Source of the DNA: Gnetum montanum
Lineage: Eukaryota > Plantae > Gnetophyta
DNA: 64,000 nucleotides
Assembly: GCA_015680685.1 (NCBI GenBank)
Contig: MNCI01000614.1
Coordinates: forward strand, 722,248-786,247
Direction of reading: 5' to 3'
The notes below the pieces were generated by a model. It was given only the letters and a program-made list of their open reading frames with translations, did no database searches and was not told where the DNA came from. Positions 55,601 through 64,000 of this stretch are shown here, one piece after another (the stretch's first letter is position 1; every line of letters starts with the position of its first letter). Made by a program: the position numbers and the translations under genes.

Positions 55601-58600
55601 CCATCCCCAGATAATTGTAATCAAAAAATATACTAGAACATTAGAGATTGCTTCACACCACAAATAAAACAGGGTTATCTTTTCATGTGTGGTCTTTAGC
55701 AAGGCAGCTTCTGCCTTTGCACCACATTGATCCCTTCATTGTCTGTCTATAGCTTGTAGCATATGGAGAAAAATGTGCGCTTTGGATACAACTATAGACA
55801 GCCCAAATTTTTTGTGTTTTTTATTTTTTCCTATATCTTCTTTTTCATGGTTAGACATCTTAAGATTGTGCTGGCTTGTTCAACAATTGGGCTATATGAA
55901 TGTCTATGGCAGCTTTCTGCTTTATCTTTACGTATGTGGAAGTTCTGACGCTCATCAATCTTAGAATATTTCCAACAAGTCTTTCACTCAGTATACTTTG
56001 ATCATTTCTGGTAAATGCTATTTGTGATGACATTTAAAGCATTCAGTTGATACGTTTCCCATTTGGCATCCTAATCCTTGAAAAGGCTTTGGAAGCAAAC
56101 CCATACTTTTTCAGTTTGAAGAATGAGGTGCAAAAATGAACTCTTGTAGAATACTAAAGAAGTGAAAGTATTGAATTCTTTTAAGATTATGACTCGAACT
56201 AAGACTATTAATGGTTAAAAACACCTTAAAACAACTGAAGATGTGATGATGGTATTATGATAATGAGGAATAATTATAATAATGGAATACTACTTTCTCA
56301 CCATTGTGCTTGTTTCCTAAGTCATAAAACTTGTGTTTGAGCCTTAGTGCAGCAACTGGAAAAGCGGTTAGGCTTTTGCTTATCTATCGGCCCTCTTGGG
56401 ATCCGCTTGGCAGGATAAGCATTGATCCTCTAGGTAATGACCCCTTTTATGCTCACACAATCAAGTATTTGAACATTTTTGATGCATTTTATTAAAAAGT
56501 AAAGTGACTGGATGAGGAATTAATGGCAGTAGGCACCACAGTTAAATTGTAGGATTACTCAAGCATTTTTTTGGGCTTGTAAGAAATCACTAAGATTTTT
56601 AGTTGAGTCAAAATTCTGTAGTGCCTTGCAGAGCTATGGTTGGCATTCATCGCTTGTTTACAAATAACGACTAACCTTATTCACTTAAACTACAACCATT
56701 TCAATGATAATAAAACCTGTTACTTGACAGTACCAAGCCTTTCTTGTTACAGGATATTTCCTGTAAATATATACATCCTACCCAGCGATTCACTTAACAA
56801 TGATGAGTTGACTTTGCTGGGGTTACCTTGACTTGGGTCAACCTGACTGTTTGTGCTGATTTTAGATGACTAATTGGTATTAACGAAAAGTTTTTGATTA
56901 CATGCTATTCCAAAGCTTGAGGTTAAGTTCACTATTCACATGTCTAAATTATCTTTATTGTGCTTTCATTCAGGCATTCACCATTTTGACCGTTTCTGTA
57001 GTGTGCTATGATCTGCAAATGGAGTATCAAAATTAAGAGTTTCCAAATTTTTAAATAATTTTAACATATCTTTCTTTGAATTTGAATCTTGCCATTTAAA
57101 CCTATTTAAATAAGGATGAAGGTAATTTTGATCTGGATTTTTCCTATTACGTCATATCTTACGATGTTTTTGTATATGTAGATACCTTTCTGTGTGGTTG
57201 TTGGTTGGATCATGAACAACCCAGTGGATCTAAACTTCCAACTATTTGAAACTGCTACACTGTTTATGACAGTTCTAGTGGTTGCATTCATGCTTCAGGT
57301 TTGTTTATTCTACTTTCCATATGATAATTTCATTTGTTTTTTTCCCTTAAATGGATTAAAAATAATGCATATTGATTACACCACTGTGCACTAGAATATG
57401 GTTTGTTTCTCTTAGTATACTTTGTAACTGATGATGAAATGAGAACTGCTTTCTGTTGAGCTATGAAGGAAGCATAAGATATTTATGATGTTTCCCAAGT
57501 TTCATTTGCATTGGGGAATGATGTGATTAGTATTTTCCATTAGTAGAATCCTGAATGAAAGGTATTTAATTTAGGATGTTATTGTGTGTTTCCTAGTGTC
57601 ATGGAGTCCAGGATACCCATTTTGATTTTTTTTAAATCTTTGATTAAATTGTTTTCAAGAGCATGGCAAGCTCTTGGGGTTGCTAAGTTTGTTCAAGTTT
57701 GCAAGTTTGGTTAGATTGTCTGAGTCTGAGCGTTGTTGAGTTTGGCTTCTAGGAATAATAGAATTATTTCATAGATAAATCTGTATTCAGTTTAAATAGG
57801 GTAATCCTTGGTAAACTTTTTGTTTTTATGACCTTCAACTACCTACCACGTTAAGGACATATTGCATAGCATTATGTTATTACTGTTAAATTATTAATCA
57901 ATTAGCATTTTAGTTCAATGGTTTCTGATGGTAGGAAGTTGCTTTTGCGATTGTGGCTATTGGTCCTGTTTTGAAACTTTTGCAGTTATTCTCTTTTAAT
58001 GTAATAGTTTGGTCATAAGTTCTAATAAATGTTATTTGGAACCAGGAAGGAAAGTCAAATTACTTTAAAGGGTTGATGCTGGCTGTGCTACTTCATAGTT
58101 GGTGCAAGCTTCTTTGTGCATGATGATCGTGAAACAGGTGACTGCTTGTGTTTTATGCTATTTGCTGGCACAAAGATTTGGATTAGAATATGTTTAGATT
58201 TTATTTTGTTTCGTTTTTTATTACCTTTTCTACTGTTTAAGCTATCTTGATATTGTACAAGGTTACAGAGAAAGAATTGCTAGGTTGAATACTTTAATTA
58301 ATGTTCTCAATATCCAGGTTTAAGGATGTCAACACAATTGCCATTAATGGCTAGGGCAGTTGCTTATTTATTTATTTTTACCATGCATGAAACATAGGTG
58401 AGATGGTAGCTCTGGAAGGAGATTTATGTGCACTTTTACACTTATAAACGGACATCTGTGATTGGATTTGCTCTGTTAGCCTTCAAAAACTTTCAAAAGA
58501 AACGTATATCATTTTACAATGCATTAGTTGTTGAGGGACCAGTATTCTTTTATTTAGGATTTCATGCACTAGTTAAGCAGAAAATAGAAAACTTATCCAT

Positions 58601-58682
58601 GATGTGTGCAAAGCAGGGTGGATGTTTCTACCTTTACTGACATTTACTTATTTTTATCTTTTTTGTAGCTAATAAATACTAG
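52669..58682 (+). pseudogene. CAX: Vacuolar cation/H+ exchanger (type IB, CAX2/CAX5-like) pseudogene, 5'-truncated
   Basis: Exons 52669-52736, 52824-52852, 53178-53364, 53461-53667, 54860-54976, 55071-55124, 57182-57298, 58046-58137, 58669-58682 encode [91 protein letters not shown]. Lesions: donor GT>CT (52853), acceptor AG>AT (55069-70), frameshifts at ~53324 and ~58082, GNATE>GNATK, in-frame stop at 53665. Confidence 0.92.
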
Positions 58683-60229
58683 AGAAGAATTGTTGGAAGC
58701 AAAGCTGCATGCCTGCTTGTATTGGTACTAAATGATTCCAGTGATTGAATGTCATCCTATGTTGTTGAAAAAACTTTTGGTGCAACTCAAGAACTTTGAA
58801 TGGCATTGGCAGTCATGTTTTAGTATAATATCATCCATAGTTCCAAAGCTGGTTTTGGATTTATGTTTTTTGTACGATGGCATCTCCCTGTATCATTGAT
58901 CATCGTTGGTTGTAATCAATTAAAATTTGTGGTGCTTGTATTTTCATTAGAAGCCCATACATAAGCCTATAGCAATCCTCCTTGCCTCATCTTTTTATCT
59001 TGGAATCAGCTTTATTTAACTCTTATTCTTTTTTAGAAAATAAAGATTTTTTTGGGGCAAATTCTCTTGTTGAATGCTTGCCTCACAATGAGATGCATAT
59101 TGCCACCATTGTTCCAGTTTGGCCATGTGGGATTTGAACTGACAACGCAATGTTATGGAGCTATACTCTCTCAGGATAACTGAATGGTCAAGGGCTGATT
59201 TATTGCATCATACAAGTTTCTTTTACCTATTTTAAAACATGAAAAGCCGTCATGGTGTAGGATTGTTTTGGCACATCTCTTTCAAGTGTTTATTCCATAA
59301 TTGTAGAAAGATAGCAGATGCTCAAATGGAAGTGCTTATTTAATTACTAGAATCATCTAAATTGTTTAAGCAACTTCATTGCACGATTGCACCAAACAGT
59401 TTTAAGAGGTTTGATATGTTTGAACAGTTTCAGAGTTTATTTTTATCCGTTTTAAGTCCAAGCCAAGTGGATTCAAGGGTGTCTTTTATAAAACTTATCT
59501 ACTAAAATTGACATGTAAGAGCTTTCTTCGCGATGACCCTCTTAAACTTTTAATTTTTGGATCTTAGTAGTATTTACTACAAATTAAAATTGGAGATGAA
59601 ACTAGCTTTGTTAACATACAATAAGAGATTAATAAGGCACACCTACTGTAATTGAATATTCAACTCAAATTTTATTCATGAAATCATTTTTTCATCCATG
59701 AACCTTGTTTTGGAGCTATTCAAACCCCTTCTGATTACCTTTGACTTTCATCAAATGTAATCTTGCTTGGTGCTATGCCCACCGCACAATTTCATGCCCA
59801 CTACCCACCACACACCAAGACAATTTATTATAAAATTCAAAAAAAAAAAACTAAGTAATAAGAAAAAGAAAACCCAAGAAAACATAATACTAAAACTAAA
59901 ATAAAACCAAAAAAATTCAATACACAAATTAAAATCAATAGGGGTGTTGGAACTGAAAGAATGACCATATTAAGTACACCCTAAACTTAATAAAATAGCA
60001 AAATAAAACTAATCAGGTTTATTTATCTAAAATTAATTATATCCAATTTTCAACTACCCAAGGTGCTCCTCTTTTAGACCATTATCCTATTAAATGATCT
60101 TTTTTCTTTTCTAGTCACTTTCGCTTTTCTAATCATATTTATATTTTCAACACAACCTTTCTTTGTAATAGTTTTATATGTTCATTTTTATTACAACTCT
60201 TGAATCTTTATTATAAGCACATAAGTGAT

Positions 60230-61148
60230 GATGGTTGGATTGATTAGTGGACTAATGCTTGCAATCATCTTTGCAAGAAAATTGATAGCTTATCAAGTTT
60301 TTGTATTAATCTAATCTTAGCAAACATATCTCCTTGCTTTAAATGTCATTAATAGTGGTGAAGGTATAGTGGCTAAGTTTTAGAGTCTTCAAATTGTTGA
60401 GGAAAATTTACACATTATGGATCACTATGGAGCTAGAGGAGCTCATCTTTAGAAGTGGTTTTCATGGTTAAGGATGGGTGATCAAGCTACCAAAGAAATT
60501 TTTCACTTTCTTAAAGGTAAAAGCTCTCCTAAAATTTAGGCTATTCAAGTTGATGACCATCTCTTCACATTAAAAAATGACTTTCTAAAACCCTTTCCTA
60601 ATTATTATTCAAAGAGTTTTAGCAAGGAAGATATTGATTCAACTATAGTAGCTACCTACTTGAAAGTTGTTGCTCCTTTGAATTATTCTATTTTTGGTGA
60701 TGCCATCCTTCTTTCCAAGGATGACCTTTCGAAAGCCTTATAACAAGTGCATGAGAACAAAGCCCCTAGAATATATGGTGTTCTTGTAGAATTCTTAAAG
60801 AAGTTTTGGCTCACTATTTAGGATACTATTATAATATTTATAAGGAGGCTCTTCATAAAAGCTCATTTGACAAAGCTATCAATGCTGATGTTATTAAAGT
60901 TTTGCCCAAAATAGGATATAACATTAACGTAAGTAATTGGTGTTCAAATATTTTTTAAAATGTCATCTATTACATAGCTACCAAGCCATTGCCAATAAAT
61001 TGAAACCCTTTCTTACTTCATCGGTAAAGAACAAACTAGTTTTGTTCAAGGTAGATACATCTTAGACAATGTGGCTATTGTTGTTGAAGGTGTGTATTGG
61101 ACTTCTTTTTTAGATAAAAAAGCTATTCTTTTCAAACTTGATTTTCAC
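60230..61148 (+). mobile_element. L1-type LINE ORF2 (RT N-terminal part) fragment
   Basis: KAPRIYGVLVEFLKKFW, VIKVLPK, KEQTSFVQGRYILDNVA, FKLDF motifs in order, with frameshifts and stops. Confidence 0.85.
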
Positions 61149-62757
61149 ACCCTTGAAAAAATGATTCCAAGAAACCAATGCAACATCAATCTAGTGCCAC
61201 AATGATCCATGGACACATCACTAATCACTCAAAAACAAATTTATAAGAATGAAGGATGATATGATTGAGTTTGGCCCAATCATAATATATGGGAGGAAGG
61301 TACACAATGAGATGAATAGACAATATGTGAAATACGAAAGGTCTCCAATGTGATGCACATCCAAAGAAAATGCTTGCAGACGAAACACCAAGCACCTTCA
61401 AGGAGTATGCAATGAAAAGCAAGGCATCCACACACACATGGAAGACAAGCAAACTGGCATCCTCTTCACTCTTCAACACATGCACGTGAACTTGCATCTA
61501 CCACCCATGTGCTACTAAGTAATCATGCTACTCTTTACATTTCCAAGTACTTTACTTTTCATGCTTATTAGTTAAGCAAAATGAGTACAATTGGTTTCGA
61601 GCATTTAAGTATAATTATTTGGTAACTTAGCAGTGGTTTCGCTTGATTCACTCAATAGGGACTCCACTTGGTACTTCCAATAACAATTATATGAGTCCAA
61701 GACGTAACCAGCAAACTAGGATTGCATATTTAATTTTAGAGGCTAAGATAGATTTATATTTTTTTTCGTTACTTAGATTTATATTTTTATCTCATTCTCA
61801 TCATGCTTACTACTAGGAGTAATTTGAGCCTAATGACATCACATATTTATTGATGCAAAAATTTGGACCAAGAGGTAACCTAACACATGACACCGAAAAG
61901 GAGCATGATTTTGTAAGGCTATTGCCTAGGGCACCTTGCTTATGGGCACAACTAGCTCTGAGATAGTCTTAAGTGGAAGAGGAAACTACTGACCTTTTGG
62001 TATGTCAAAACCTTAAGGAAAATGGAGAACAAAGATGTTTGTATGGTTGTTGTGTTTATAGGACAAGAACACAGAGACCACAAGAACCTGCTAGACAGGA
62101 GTGAAGACTTAAGGGATGAGAGCTACAATGAGATGTCAAAGTGAAGTCTACAAGGACTTAAGTGGGAGCAAGGACAAAATTGAAGACTACAACAAAATGA
62201 AGAAGTTCCTAAGATTAGGGATGAGTCAAATCAACAAAAAGAAGCCTTAAGAAGCAAAGCCAAAAAATTGAGAAGACATCTATAGGAAGCAAAAGATGTC
62301 TTGGTTGAAGTACAAATGAAGCAAAGAAGATGTCTAATAAAAACAGTAGATGTCTACTATCTAGAGAAGACGTCTACATGTAGATGTCTCCTAGTAGACG
62401 TCTCCATTGTGAGTAAGACGTCTACTCAGAATACAGGTTTGATCAATGAGATGTCCCAATCTCAAAAAAGACATCTTCCCTAGCCATTAGATAGCCATTG
62501 CATGAAGTCTGAGTTGATTTCAAAAACATCTAGGCTATATGAAGATTTCATTCTCTTGAGTAATGTGTAAGTTTTTGTAAGCAAGCAAGTGTCAACATCA
62601 AGCAATCATTGTGCATATTATTCTATTGTATTGTGTGCTTCATTGTAATATCTTTTGATCTATTGTGTTGTACCTCAAAGTATAGGGACCAACAAATCAA
62701 TTGCATCCTTTCCTTGTAATTTTAATTTCTCTTTTGTTGCCATGTGGGGTTGATGTG

Positions 62758-63766
62758 TGATGAGACGCGACATGCACTGGGCCGCGATATCGCGTCCCGC
62801 TGCCATATCTATAAATAAGAGGCGGCACTTCCTTCATTTCCCAATCCTGGCTAGCAGTAGCGAAGCTCTGGCAGATTGATCACTCCAGAGTTAGAATTTT
62901 TCCCATGTGCCCGCAGTAGGAGTCCTAGAGTGAACGGCTCTTTATTCGAGCAGCTTGTAACCTGAACCCAAGTTGTGTACGGCAATAAAGACGAACTTGA
63001 TTGGATAAACCTTGCAGTACATGGTTTTATTGTTGTTTATTTACTGCTTTCCTAGTGCGCACAAGTACGACTTGATTACGAGCGTCTACGGACGTGTACG
63101 GCTAGTCAAGGAATCGGCTGCTTGTCGCAACGCATGAGTACGACTTGATTACGAGCATTGGCTGCTTGGTAACCCAGTAGCGTATTCCAGGATTCTGCGC
63201 TTGGTAATCCCAGTGGTAGTCCAATGTGTACGGCTAGTCAAGGAATCGGCTACTCATTGCTAGGCTAGAACGTGTGATAAGTACGACTTAGTTACGAGCA
63301 CCCACGGGTGTGTACGGCTAGCTAAGGAATCGGCTGCTTATCACACTTAAGCTAAATAGGTGCCTCAGTACGACCACTTCGAGCACTTGCGTTACGTGTG
63401 GTGATCCCAGTAACGATTAGCGTTTGGTAAGCCACAGTTGCATAGTTCAGGGTGTGTCCGGTAAGTGGGAACGGATGCTGACGCTAGTTAATTTAGACTT
63501 AGGACAGTAGTTAGAGTTAGCTTAGTTTCTCAACCCTTTCCCCTGATAGCATAGAAGATAAACCGAAAAATACCAAAAAAATCACATACCTCAGACTTGC
63601 TTAACCATACACCGTGACACTTACAAGCAAGCCTGGGAAGACAACGAACGATTAACCCCAAGTGTTTCTTGTGGTGTTAAGGCATTTAGTCTGCGGAGTT
63701 CGACCAGATCGCGCGTGCACGCTCGTATTCGTATGGTTGAGTGTAGGGGTACCTCGCCACTCATCA
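62758..63766 (+). mobile_element. Young solo LTR (1009 bp) of an Athila-related family
   Basis: TGATGAG...CTCATCA 7-bp terminal inverted repeats; perfect TSD ATGTG (62753-62757 / 63767-63771); TATA CTATAAATA at ~62809; AATAAA at ~62984; CpGs intact. Confidence 0.95.
63057..63481 (+). ncRNA. Candidate cis-acting structured RNA array (four covarying hairpin modules) in LTR U5
   Basis: Four units with invariant CGA / G-x-x-(x)-CGG loops and compensatory helices (see findings). Function unknown. Confidence 0.6.
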
Positions 63767-64000
63767 ATGTGCTTCTATAAGAAGGCATTGTCCTTGAGCT
63801 TGTCAGAATCCTGCGGGATTGAGTGTTGGTGTAGTGCCACAACATTCCGAAGTGGAGCTCAAGTTGTATAGGTTGTAGGATCCTGGAAACCACATTCTAA
63901 GCTTGTCGGGACCTTGCAAGGTAGAGTGGATTTTTGGCAACAAATCACTCCAAAGTGGAGCTTATAGCTTATATAGGATATGATGCCCTTTAAATTACAT

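Larger units (their letters stand above)
61987..64000 (+). repeat. Sirevirus-like LTR S2 (related to S1), interrupted by a young solo LTR; runs off the window
   Basis: Begins ..TGACCTTTTGGTATGTCAAAAC like S1 LTRs and carries the AGACGTCT array. The empty-site sequence GGTTGATGTGCTTC is seen at 4428-4441. Confidence 0.85.

Noticed and set aside
63057-63481. CRISPR-like repeat-spacer array
   Set aside because: The variable segments are complementary helix arms rather than unique spacers, the context is a eukaryotic LTR, and no cas genes are present.
63365-63481. Twister ribozyme or K-turn identity for the hairpin modules
   Set aside because: CCGGTAAGTGGGA only loosely recalls twister, and the UAAC and GGUCCCAAGCC elements are missing. 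The loops lack tandem G-A/A-G pairs in K-turn register.

Overview
AT-rich, transposon-dense land-plant nuclear DNA with heavy CG/CHG C>T decay, a 248-N gap (21739-21986) and a single-N join (6151). No intact cellular gene is visible. The first ~47 kb is a stack of nested, degenerate LTR retrotransposons. Four are related Athila-like Ty3/gypsy elements: A0 (partial, 1-~9900, -), A1 (18430-40343, -, TSD AAGAC, gag-protease plus ORF2, no RT/IN), A2 (24155-36221, +, nested in A1, complete gag-pol plus ORF2) and A3 (41417-46687, -, TSD ATGAG, gag only). Also present are a non-autonomous Sirevirus-like Copia (3630-~8825), a CRM-like gypsy gag-pol relic and a Tat/Ogre-like gag. Then come a spliced minus-strand gene relic of unknown type, a 5'-truncated and multiply disabled CAX (type IB cation/H+ exchanger) pseudogene (52669-58682), an L1 LINE fragment, and a second Sirevirus-like LTR interrupted by a young, CpG-rich 1009-bp solo LTR (62758-63766, TSD ATGTG). 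The most striking unexplained signal is in that LTR. Its putative U5 region holds four tandem hairpin modules with compensatory base changes, each showing two copies of an invariant CGA / G-x-x-(x)-CGG internal-loop motif, and two modules also carry UGG-N4/5-CCA mini-hairpins. Decayed versions of these modules persist in the LTRs of three other divergent families. The same elements carry a conserved accessory ORF2 that appears to have its own internal promoter re-using each family's U3 motif. All structures and alignments were done by eye and need computational confirmation.
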